Below are positions 35,401 to 47,136 of a stretch of DNA of 64,000 nt, piece by piece (the stretch's first letter is position 1; the number at the start of each line of letters is the position of its first letter). This stretch comes from Hypanus sabinus. Its lineage: Eukaryota. The stretch lies in contig NC_082710.1 of NCBI RefSeq assembly GCF_030144855.1, forward strand, positions 26,598,001-26,662,000, in the 5' to 3' direction. The notes below the pieces were generated by a model, which was not told the DNA's origin, made no database searches, and worked only from the letters and a program-made list of their open reading frames with translations. A program made the translations under genes and the position numbers.

Positions 35401-37301
35401 TCAGGCACTTGAACTTTCATTCAGTCATATTACCCAGCTTGAACGTTTCACATTTGTAATCGATGAAAGCAGCATATGTGATGAAGTCATCGGCGTTGTG
35501 TTTAATGAGTATTAGGCAATGGTAGTGAACACTGGCAAGAGATGAATGCTTTCCAAAAATGCTTGTTATCTGTCAGACGTTTTTGTTGAATGATGGTTCT
35601 TAGGCAGAATGAATTTGACATGAGCAAACTGCATGTCTTCCATCTGTCATCTTTACTGGAGAACACAACCCAGAATATATCTTCGTAATGTATGGCCCAT
35701 GATTCAAAAGTAATTCCCAAAGTAGCATCAAACTAGAGTTTGGTAATGGACACAACCCCTGACTCACATGAGTTCAGTTCAGTGCCTGACACTGATGTTG
35801 TTGGTGATAACCAGCTGGTCAAGGTTTCAATTAACTTTAGCTGAGCCACCTCAAACTGAGCTTGCTACTGTTGTAGAATTCTGCTGAAATTGCCATGTTG
35901 ATATAATGCAGCACCTTGTCACTAATTTGCTGTGTTCACTCTCCTATAGCTACTGATAAGGCCCACAGCCAGGAGATAGAATAAAGCCACAACTCAAAAT
36001 AAACCTTTATCAGTAAAAGCATGCAACTACATAAATATAAAAAAATCAACAAAGCACGACTACTTAAGTGATTTACCTAAGATATTGATAGGAAGAATGG
36101 CCAATCAGTGAAAGTCAGCCTGGGGTTGGTTTTCAGCTGCTTAAGAGGTGTTGCTTGCCTCATTTTACCGTAACACATTTTATAATCCTTTGTGAGTGTG
36201 CTAGGAACTATTTGTCTAAATTTAAACAAGTATCATTAAAACCAAACTGTGTTTAAACTACATTGTTAGCTGAAAGTACCCCCTCCTTCGCAGGGAGGGA
36301 GGAGCCCCCACTCAAACAGTGGGCACTGGCAGCCAGGCATCACAACAGAGACCAGACAGGGAAGTAAGCTGGTTCTTGAAGAGCAGGTGAATACAGTAAG
36401 GCTTCCCTATGGTGATGGTATCCATAGATACCTATATCAGATAGTGCTTAAAATCTTCTTTAGAATTTAGGTTTTTGTGAAAAATGAACTTAATACCATC
36501 ACAAAGGGCCTAGATGGTTTGCAGCAACTATATCTATATCCATCTATCTATCTGTCCATATCTTTTCCAAAACTACCCGAAAATACCGCTGAGAGGATGG
36601 AGGTTTAATGATCTCAGGATACTTCTGTTTTATTTAACCACAAATTACTGATCAGTCATCTCCCCACCTTAATGGAGGGATATTTGAAGGGACACAAACT
36701 TCCCTCTCTTTAGTCGGCAAGAGAGCACATTTGTTTGGGTCGCCTTTCCACATTCTGTGAACTGCACCTTAGCATTCATGGCATGCGTAGACTTGAAATT
36801 CTTCCACTCATGTTCCTGAAGGGTGCTTGTTGGAAAATAAGTGAGTGCATCCACAAATGTGGTGTTCACAATGTACTTCCCATCACTTGAAAACAAATTT
36901 TAAAAATCTTTATTGAAGCTACATACATTTGCTATAATCAATTTTAAGTACAAGCAGCTTTACACTGATATTTGTGTTCCATTGAAATCCTACTCTAAAG
37001 AATATTGCTGCTGCATGATTTTCATTCATTTACAGTGCTTTGTCTCAATTTAATAACAGTGCAAGGATTAATGTCTATATACTTCAGCTGCCGCTGTTAT
37101 TATGCATCGAATGAGGGCTTTTGTGGCGTAATTTAATCAGAACTGTGCATCTTGAAAACAATCATAAATAGTGCATTAGGTGCAGTGGGCATTATTAATT
37201 TTTGAAAGGATGTCAATTTTATTGAAAGGCATTGGGAATCTGCTACACAATTTCTCACCCACTGTTCCAAATTGCACGCAGCGACTTTCTGAAGCCCTTA
37301 C

Positions 37302-37367
37302 CTACAGGATTGCAATTAAAATAATTGCTTAGGGCACCAATCAATGGAGATATCACTGCTTTGAAGG
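37302..37367 (-). other. Candidate 66-nt exon or recursive splice site in a unique AT-rich block
   Basis: Acceptor ccttattttaag, donor TAG|gtaagg; only phase 1 is open (FKAVISPLIGALSNYFNCNPV). Confidence 0.3.
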
Positions 37368-37998
37368 CTTAAAATAAGGCAATTGCTCCATCGGCAAAAG
37401 TACTTCCTCGACTCTGTCATTATACTTATGGCAGGAACATTTTTAAAAAAAGATGGTAGTTTTTTAATCATTTGCTTTACTTTTAAAAATGACACCTATC
37501 TTTAATTAGATTTATTAATTACATTCTGCAGCTCCCTCTTCACCCCACCCCTTCTGAACTCTGCTCGATGTGGTATTAAGCCTTAAGGATTAGATGTTGA
37601 GAGGATTGATTTTGATTCCATTGGTAAATTGTGTTATGTTAATATATCTCAGCTAGGATGGCAATTCTTCAGTTATCACAGATCCCGGGATGGGGTAAGA
37701 AACTACGAACCGTGATACCCGATCTCAATTGTTATCGAGTAAGTCTTGCTTAAGTATACACCTAAACAGCACTAGCCTTTCCAGGGTGGAATTACCTGTG
37801 TACACCCAAGCGTCTAGGTTGATTTATAATGAATGGTGTTCTCAGGGGTGCCAGCATCACTCAAGGGATTGATTCAAGCTGTTTCAAAGACAAGGAGAAA
37901 AAGAGGGAAGTTTGAAAAAGAAAACATTTAAAAGAAAATAATATTTTACCGGTAAGTATTTAACTTGAAAAAAAATAGACATTTCACAGGTATTTATG

Positions 37999-38650
37999 CA
38001 TACTCATGACCACTTTATTAAGCACAGCTGTACAATTGCTCGTTAATGCAAATTAGACAATCACGTGGCAGCAACTCAATGCATAAAAGCAAACAGGCAT
38101 GGTCAAGAGGTTCAGTTGTTGAGAACAAACATCAGAATGGGGCAGAAATGTGATTTAAGTGATTTTGGCTGTGGAACAAATGGTTGTTGGTGCTGGATGG
38201 GATGGTTTGGATATTCCCAGACACCGCTGATTTCCTGAGATTTTCGTGCTCAGCAGTTTCTAGAGTTTACAGAGAATGGTGCAAACCCCCCCCCCCCCAA
38301 AAAAAACATCCAGTGTGCGGCAGTTCTGTGGGTGGGAATGCCTTGTTAATGAAGGGTCAGACTGGTTCAAGGTGCCAGTAATTCAAATACCCACTCATTA
38401 CATCAGTGGCATGCAGGAGAACATCTCTGAGCACATCTTTGACTGGAAGAATTGGATCAGCCATGATTGAATGGCAGAGCAGACTCGATGGGTCAAATGG
38501 CCTACTTCTGCTCCCGTATCTTATGGTCTTATGGTCACACAACATGGTCATCCTTGAAGTGGATGGGTGGATGGGCTACAGAAGCAGAAGACAACGAACA
38601 TACACTCAGTTCCCACTTTAATAAGTACAGGAGGTACCTAATAAAGACTG
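37999..38650 (+). mobile_element. Tc1-like deletion derivative with a CR1 tail inserted (about 38440-38535)
   Basis: TIR-like ccactttatta and cctaataaag; frameshifted transposase N-terminus MGQKCDLSDFG...ADFLRFSCSAVSRVYREWC...SSVRQFCG. Confidence 0.8.
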
Positions 38651-39178
38651 TGATCTTGATCCCCATTTCAAGTTCGCAATATATTTATTTAACGGTGGAG
38701 TTACCTATATATATCAATTATTTGGGTTCTGTGAACTAATAAACTATCACTAACATTGTTGAAAGGTGCTTACTTCAAAATTTTCTAACTGCTTGCTAAT
38801 TGAGATACAGGAACAGGATGAAATGATCGGTGGCTTTACCTCAGTTTTCACTGCTGAAGTATGGTGGAACTCAACTAATATAATTCAAAACTGTTAGTGG
38901 TACAGGAACCTATGACTTTAAAGAACTAGCTGTTAAAAAGGTTCAGTGTACAGTAGACATCAATTTCAAAACATAGTGATTCACCTATTAAAATATAGCT
39001 CACAAACTACTCAGATAAAAAAGTCACAATTTCTTCAGAAACTTTTTGTGCAATAAAACAAGCTACACTGCAGATTCATGCCTATTACTCAAATCTCTCA
39101 ACAAAAACTATCCTCCCATAGAGGAGCTGACAATTAGATCTATCTGGACTGTACTCAGCCTACTAACCAGTTAGTACT

Positions 39179-39875
39179 ACGTACATAACGCTGGAAGAAC
39201 TCAGCAGGCCAGGCAGCACCCATGAGAAAAATGTAGTCAACGTTTCGGGCCGAGACCCTCATTAGGAATGGGGGGGGAAGAGAGGGCCGAAGCCCAGTAA
39301 TAGAGATAGGGGAAGGGGTAGGGCCTAGAGGCGGCAGGTGGAAAACCAATCAGATGAACGATAAAGGGGGAGGGAGAGGGGATAAGTATGAAAGAACTGT
39401 AGAGATAAAGAAGCAGAAAGTTGAAAGGGGAGAGAGGCAGAGAGGGACCTGGGATAGGGGAAGGGGGGGGGGGGGGTGGCGGGAGGGAATTACCGGAAAT
39501 TAACATTGAATTCTCCAATTTCCGGTAATTCCCTCCCGCCGCCCCCCCTTCCCCTATCCCAGGTCCCTCTCTGCCTATCTCCCCTTTCAACTTTCTGCTT
39601 CTTTATCTCTACAGTTCTTTCATGCTTATCCCCTCCCCCTCCCCCCTTTATCTTTCCTCTGATTGGTTTTCCACCTGCTGCCTCTAGGCCCTACCCCCTC
39701 CCCAATCTCTATTACTGGGCTTCGGCCCTCTCTTCTCCCCCCATTCCTGATGAAGGGTCCTGGCCCGAAACGTTGGCTACTCTTTTCTCACAGATGCTGC
39801 CTGACCTGCTGAGTTCTTCCAGCATTGTGTACGTATTCTTTGATCCACAGCATCTGCTGTTGTATTTTTGTGTTT
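39179..39875. mobile_element. Fold-back Penelope-like insertion (inverted pLTRs), 15-bp TSD
   Basis: Arms 39179-39501 and 39517-39834; TSD TAACCAGTTAGTACT at 39164-39178 and 39876-39890; centre encodes the ORF end NIEFSNFR* (39502-39528). Confidence 0.9.
39742..39778 (+). ncRNA. Minimal type-I hammerhead ribozyme-like motif in Penelope pLTR
   Basis: CTGATGA-A-GGGtcctggCCC-GAAACGTT: core, stem II and palindromic ACGT stem III; stem I is poorly paired in this copy. Confidence 0.6.
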
Positions 39876-40837
39876 TAACCAGTTAGTACTGATGGATAAA
39901 TAATACACACCAGATCAACTGGGCTACTTATAATGTGCCAGGCAAGCTTACTCCCTGAAGTCACGCTGATAACTAATAATAATTTGCTGCTCAAGAGTCT
40001 TTCAGCTTTCTGCAATCTTTAGTCCTTTCTCCAGGGCACCAGAGCCTTTTGCTGTTCTGTTGTTTGGTCAACTTAAATGCCTGCAGAGATAGACTGAAAA
40101 GTCAGGGTGTCAGTTGGGATGAGAGATGACTTCGCTCATTCTCTGCAATAGTCATCTCCATGGAGCTAAGACTATGAAGACTGCCCCAGCTGCTGTGCTC
40201 TTTGCCCGCTATTATGATGAACTGATCACCAAGGTTTTGGGCCTACTCTGGGCTGCTCCAGGGTTCGGATCTGAAGAATCAGTTTTGGTTTGGATTGATG
40301 TTGTTTGCTTCAATCACTTGCATGACTTGTATTTTTCCGTTCCTTTTGCACATAGAGTGTAGGCCTTCTATTTCATTTTTATTCTTTTATATCTTTAAAT
40401 TGGGTTCTTTCGTGTTTCTTGCTTTGTGGCTACCTGTGAACAAGCAAATCTCAAGGTCGTATAATTTATACATCCTTAATACATGATAATAGATAAATCT
40501 TTAACTCTTCCTACTCAGTGTGAATCTTCCTTTAATTATAAAATATGTAATGAGTTTTGACCAATATGAACATGCTCAACTTTCTGTTGCCAAAAGTTGT
40601 GGGAATAACAATTAATAAGTCAGTTTGATTGAATGATTTTCACTTTTACTTGGTTAAAGATTGGTAACCAATCAACCAATTGGTACCAACCAATACTTGG
40701 TACATTCTCTCTCTTGAATAATATTCTGAAGATTTCACGGCAATTAAGAAAAAGGTAAATTTTGTTGATTAGGAACTATTGGGACACATTTTGAACCTGA
40801 GAACAGCAAAGAACCTCAGATCAGAAACAAAATACCA

Positions 40838-41110
40838 CAGCACAACACACACAAAATACTGGAGGACCTCAGCAAGAGTGGGGAATAGAAGAAGGGTTGT
40901 GGTGGGGGGAGGTGGTACATTTTGTTCAGCATAGGAGAAATCGATATTTAAACCATTAGGTTGGAAGGTACCTAGATGGAATATGAGGTGTTGCTCCTCC
41001 ATCCTTCCTCTAATCCCCACTCTGACCTTTTACTTCTTAGCTGCCTATTACATCTCCCTGGGTCCCATCCCCCTTCCCGTTCTCCTATTGCCTGCTCTTT
41101 TCTCCGCCCA
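40838..41110. mobile_element. Penelope-like fragment with GIY-YIG ORF end and inverted pLTR piece
   Basis: Minus ORF EEQHLIFHLGTFQPNGLNIDFS; orientation switches near 41000. Confidence 0.75.
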
Positions 41111-41114
41111 CCCA

Positions 41115-43555
41115 CCCTGTGCTAGGGTTGGAGGCCTGTCTGTGTGCGTAAGGGGTTGGAAGGGTGCACATTGATAGCTTGTTCTACGTCAACTAACAAT
41201 CCTAGTTCATGTTTTATGTTTTGCAAGTTAATTTGATTAATCAAAAGAAAAACATGGGACCTTGGATAAACATGTCTACTTTGTTCTTTGCTTTTAATGA
41301 TGCATGCAAATATGATATGATGACATTATAAAACCATAAGATTTTCTACATATATATTCATTTGTAACTAGTTGGTATGGTACAGATGTATGTCTTATTC
41401 CATTCATTTTCAGGAATGACTGAAACTGTTCCACAACAATCTGTGGTCCATTGTCACTGACGAAATGTTCTGGAACACCGACCCTGAGAAAAGTCACATC
41501 AGGAGTGTGTGAGACTGTAGTGGAGGCTATTGGGAACATTTCTGGCAACTTTGTAGTTGCACATGACAAACCAAGACATTTGTGCCCATGAACGTTTCAG
41601 CAATATCTACATGAATCCTTTGCCAGGGCCATGCCTGTCATTCCCGGGGATGGAGAGGCACTGCTCTTGGCATCTTCTGGACATGTTGGCACCCCGAACA
41701 GAGCATGGTGAGCTGCTCGATCTGCTGCTCCATCACAGGCCTCTAGGCAAAGGCTTGAGCCAATGCTTCTATCTTGACCATGCCCAGGTGACCAGCATGT
41801 AACTTCTCCGAAACTTTAACTCGCAGCTTAGATGGAACAACAGTTCTCAATCTTCTCATAAGGCAACTTCCATCAAGGCCAAGTTCATCCCAGTCTGATA
41901 AAAATGGGGGAACAGGAATTTTCATTGCATATTTCAGCCATTTTGGGTTACTATGTAGATTCGAAACAGTGTGGAATCTTTACTGGTTTCCTATTGGATT
42001 ATCTCTGCTCTAGTAGGGAAGCTTTTGATTTGCATTAGTGAGAATATGTCAAGAGGAGTATCCTCTTTTGTAACTTGTTCAGGTATTTTCTTCTCCAAGG
42101 GTAAATGGGACAATCCATCAGCATTTCCAGTTTGCTGCAGTGTTTCCCTCCAGAAGGGTTCACAAAGATGTTCTCTATCCTGGGCAGAGGTTATTGATCT
42201 GCTTTTAATACTGGGTTGATGGTGACAATAAAAATCATCAGAGATCCAGACACACCCACCCTTCTTAGCTACTGGCATCACTGGTGTTGCCAACGGGCTC
42301 CACACAACTTTGGAAAGAATTCCTTTAGCTTCCATGCAATCTAGTTCACTGATTACTTTGCCATGAATGATATAAGGAAACAGGCTTTGTAAAGCTTGTG
42401 TACAGCATTTTCATTTAGTGTCTGCATTTTCCAATGTCATGGCATCATCCAGTACCTTCCTTAATTTGATTTCAGCTGACTCCACTGCAGAGGACGTTGG
42501 ATGCAAATGGTGGATGGATCTCCAATTGTGTTGTAATTGTCACTGCCAATCACATCCTTAAGATGCTGGCCCTTTTATTTTTACCTCATACAAGCCCAAT
42601 GTGGCTTGTTGGTTGTTGTATTTCACTGTTACAAATGTCATTCCCACAGGATTGATCTTTTCTCCGGTATAAATTCTTACTTGGATAACTGTAGGGTTCA
42701 GTTCAGTTCAGTATCTTTGAAATGCCATTCAAACTCATTCTGTGGAATGACTGAAATAGCCAAGCCAGTTTTCGATTCCACTTTAATTTGTGTTCTCTTT
42801 TGGCATAAGCCATATTGCTTATCTATTGATGGTTTTCACACTCTCATCATTTTCAGATCTTTCTTCAGCAGTATGCATATTAGTGTTCTTTTTAAAAATG
42901 GACCTTGACTTCTTATCTTTTTCTTTTCCCTGTGCAGTCCATTTATTCTTGCTTGCTTTTTGTCTACTTTGTTGCAGTTTCTGCAAGTTTCACCTTTAAA
43001 TTTGCATTAGTCTGGTGAATATGAGCATTTGCCACAAAGGTAACACAATGTGTTCAGCCAGGCTGATTTCTGTTTGGACATTACAATTTTGTTCAAGCTC
43101 ACAGTCATTCCTGACTGCAACTCAGTTGTATCTCTGACTACTGTTTCCATTGATACAACAATTTCAACTGCTCTTTTAAATGTGAGTGGTCTTTGCTAGG
43201 AGCAAATTTTGAATGTTTTCTTGCAAGATTCTACAAACTAAATGATCTTTCAGTGCATCATTAAGCCTATCACTGAACTGACAGTACTCAATCTCTTCTA
43301 TACAGCCACGTAAGCTGAAGTAGAATTCACTTCCTTTTAATTTCACTTACAAAACCTAAAGTGTTCTGCAGTCAACAATGGTTTCTGTTCTAAATGTTAT
43401 TGTCTTACTTTCACAATAGCAGCAAAGCTCCTTTCGACTGTTTTGGCTGGACCAGTTAAACTTCTAAGCAAACTATACTTATTAACCTATTACATTCAGC
43501 AAAACTGGCACTCGCTTTTCATTTGCTTCAAAATATTTCTCAATTCATTCTGTTT
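41115..43555 (-). mobile_element. Decayed Gypsy gag-pol remnant
   Basis: Zn-knuckle relic CYLCGK near 43030; GILSKVVWSPLATPVMPVAKKGG; GNADGLSHLPL; KLHAGHLGMVK; GVPEHFVSDNGPQ. Confidence 0.88.
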
Positions 43556-45640
43556 ACATCACTCGGTTATTTGTAATGCAATCGAATACTTCAGTCTTTC
43601 TGTCCTAGCCAGCCATTTCTGCTTCATCTTCATATCGTTTGCAAATTTTGCAACAAAGTCATCAATTTCACCATCCAAATCATTGACATATAATATAAAA
43701 AGTATTGGTCCCAACACAAACCCCTGTTGAACACCACTAGTCACTGGCAGCCAACCAGAAAAAGGCTCCCTTTGTTCCCACTCTTTGCCTCCTGCCAATC
43801 AACCATTGCCTTATACATGCTAGAATCTTTCCTGAAATACCACGGGCTCATAGCCTGTTAAGCAACCTCATGTGTTGTCAAAGGGCTTCTGGAAATCCAA
43901 CTACACAACATCAACTGACTCTTCCTTGTCTATCATGCTTGTTATTTCCTCAAAGAATTCCAACAGATTTCTCAAGCAAGATTTTTCCTTGAGGAAACCA
44001 TGCTGATTATGGCCTATTTTATCTTATACCTCCAAGTACCCCGAAACCACATACTTCACAATCGACTCCAACATCTTCCCAACCACTGAGGTCAGGCTAA
44101 CTAGCCTATAATTTACTTTCTTCTGCCTCTCTCCTTTCTTAAAGAATAAAGTACTGTAACATTTACAGTTTACCTGTCTTCTGGAACCATTCCAAAATCT
44201 AGTGATTCTTGAAAGATCATTACTAATGCCTCCATAATCTCTTCAGCCACCTCTTTTAGAACCGTAAATCATCTGGTCCAGGTGACTTGGCTACATTCAG
44301 ACCTTTCAATTTCCCAAGAATCTTCTCTCTGGTAATGGTAGCTTCTCAGACTTCATGACCCCTGACACCAGGAATTTCCATCATACTGCCTTGTGTCTTC
44401 CAGAGTGAAGACTGATGCAGAAAAGTACTTATTCAGTTCATTGGCCATTTCTTTGTTCCCCATTACTTCTTCTCAAGCATCTTTTTCCAGTTCTCCAATG
44501 TCTACTCTTGCTTCTCTTACACTTTATGTATCTGAAGAAACTTCTGGTATTGTCTTTAATATTGGTTAGCTTACTTCTTAATCTTTACTTTAATTTTTTT
44601 GTTGCCTCTTGGTGGTAGTTAAAAGCCTCTCAGTCCCCTAACTGCCACCTAATTTTTGCTCTATTATATTCCATTTCTTTGGCTTTTATGTTGGCTTTGA
44701 CTTCCCTTGTTAGCCATGGTTTTGTCATCTTACCTTTAGAATACTACTTCCTCTTTGGGATGTATATATCCTGTGCCTTTTAAATTGCTTCAGAAAATTC
44801 CTGCCACAGTCGCTCTGTCGTCTTCCCTGCCAGTGTTCTTTTCCAATCAATTCTGGCCACTCCTGTCTCATGCCTCTGTAATTTCCTTCACTCCACTGTA
44901 ATACTGATACATCTGACTTTGGCTTCTCTTTCTCAAGTTTCAGGGTGAACTCGATCATATGATGATCATATGCCTCTACAGGTTTTTTACCTTAAGCTGT
45001 TATGAATTCCAGTTCATTGCACAACACCCTTTCCAGAATAGGTCATCCACTAGTGGGTACAACCAGGAGCTGCTCTAAAAAGCCATCTTGTAGGCATTCT
45101 AGAAATACCCCCCCCTTGAAAATTTGCACCAACATTTGTGGGTCTGTATGTAACTCCTATCAGGGATTTTTACCCTTGCAGTTCCTTAACTCTATTTACA
45201 ACGATTCAGCATCTTCCGACCCTATGCCACCAAATTCTAATGATTTAATTTCACTTTCCACCAAAAGAGTCACATCACCCCCCCTGCATTCCTGCCTGTC
45301 CTTTCACTTCTATGTGTATCCTTAGACGTTATCTCCCAGCTATAATCTTCTTTCAGTCATGACTCAGTGATGCCTACAACATCAAACTTGCCAATCTGGA
45401 ACTGTGCTACAAGATCATCGACCTTATTCTGTTCACTGTGAGCATTCAGATATAACACCTTTAGTCCTCCATTCACCTTCTTCAATTTTGTCCTCCTTTT
45501 ACATTGCAACTCATCCTGCTGGCTACAATTTTGCCCTATCATCAACTTCTCCATGCTAGGGGTCACATTGCCTTTACACAACAACCTAATCTTCAACATG
45601 GTTGCTCCAGTTCTGACCCCCTGCCAAATTAGTTTTAACC
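43556..45640 (-). mobile_element. CR1 LINE (APE and part of RT) abutting the Gypsy gag
   Basis: LKVLYLNAHS...DVVGITES; DHMIEF; SGVQQGFVLGPILF...VAKFAND. Confidence 0.88.
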
Positions 45641-45739
45641 AACCACATTTCTTAAATTGAGGTGACTGCAGAACAAATGCTGCTTTGCATGCTACATCAA
45701 GCTTTCAGTTCAGCCTCCCTCTCTATGGACTTTGACTGT

Positions 45740-46850
45740 AATTCTCACTGCCTCAGTAAAGCTGCCAGCGTAATCAAAGATTCCACCTACCTGGACTATC
45801 TCTCTTCTCCCCTCTCCCATCGGGCAGAAGATACAAAATCCTGGAAAGCATTAACCAGCAGGCCCAAGGACAGCTTCTATCCCACTGTTGTCAGCCTCTT
45901 GAATGGACCTCTTGTACAATAAGATGGACTCTTGGCTTCATAATCTACCTTGACATGATCTTGCACTTGATTGTTTACCTGCACTTACTACATTGTTACT
46001 GTTTTACCTTATTCTCACTCAATGCACTATGTAATGATTTGTATGCAAGGCAAGTTTTTTACTCTATCTTGGTAGACAATAGTAAACAAAACCAAACCCA
46101 AACCTCCTGCATTCACTTAGGCGAGGTGCAGGGCAATCATATTAGCTCTCTGCACCCTAAAAAGGGTTAATGAGGCCCAATCAACGTATTGACCAGAGGT
46201 GACAGAGCCTCAAACACATTAACAGAAAGCAAAGCTGAGGGCAATGCTTTGCCTTGCGTAAATTTTCTTAATTCAGGTTCACAATTTTTAACCTTAACCA
46301 ACATTCAAAGGCAGTTACAAAACTGTTTACATAACTGGTTGCATCCTAGCCTGGTACGGAAATGTCGATGCCCAGGAATGGAAGTGACTGCGCAAAATGT
46401 TGGATACAGCCCAGGCAATCACAGTCAAAGCCCTCTTACCACTGAGCACATTTTACATGGAGCCATTAACAAGCTGTGCAATCCACGTACTCTCCTCACC
46501 ATAACCATCAAATGCCTTAGGTCCCACACCACACATTCAGGAACAGTTATTAACTTCAAACATCAGGCACGGATAACTTCACTCACTACAACTCTGAACT
46601 AATTCACAAACTACAGACTCACTTTCAAGGAGTTCTTACAACTCATATTCTCAGTTTTATTTTTTTAATTTGCATACCTTGTCTTCTTTTGGACATTATT
46701 TCTTTATCAGTCATTGTTTATGAATAGTTTTCTTTTTATGTAACCTATGTATTTTTTATTTTTCTGTAAATGTTTACAAGAAGTTGAATCTAAAGACAAT
46801 ATATGGTAAAACAATTTGATAATAAATTTTACACTGAAATTTGAAATATT
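45740..46850 (+). mobile_element. Two Rex1/Babar 3' remnants (about 45740-46100 and 46330-46850)
   Basis: CLSKAASVIKD...KDSFYPTVVSLLNG; the second has a 3' UTR matching other copies. Confidence 0.65.
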
Positions 46851-47136
46851 CCTTATTTTTATAAATTGATGTTACAAATTATTTAGTATTATCAATTTTA
46901 AATAAAGATTTGAATTCCATTGAAAACTCCTTGAAAACATTAAATTATTAAAGCACTGTAAATCAAATCAAAACTATTTTGAAATATGATATACCCTCCC
47001 CTGCCTATAGGCCCAATCTCAAGGTAAAAGTTGTGTATTTAACATTTCAGTAATATTTGAGTAGTATAAATATATTGTTTGATTAAGCATTCTTGGTTTA
47101 CTTAAATGTTCTTTGAGTTTTATATAAAAGTATGTG

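Larger units (their letters stand above)
32867..36175 (-). mobile_element. Old internally deleted Gypsy (Mag-like) element with both LTRs and nested insertions
   Basis: Diverged LTRs about 32867-33121 and 35928-36175; PPT AAAGGAGAGA 33122-33131; decayed PBS TTAGTGACAAGG 35914-35925; gag relic GITFESWAIHYEDIF; integrase relic FLLTYRIT...GKSPAEVHLGR. Confidence 0.75.

Noticed and set aside
39237-39886. Proline-rich ORFs on both strands
   Set aside because: Translations of low-complexity inverted pLTR arms
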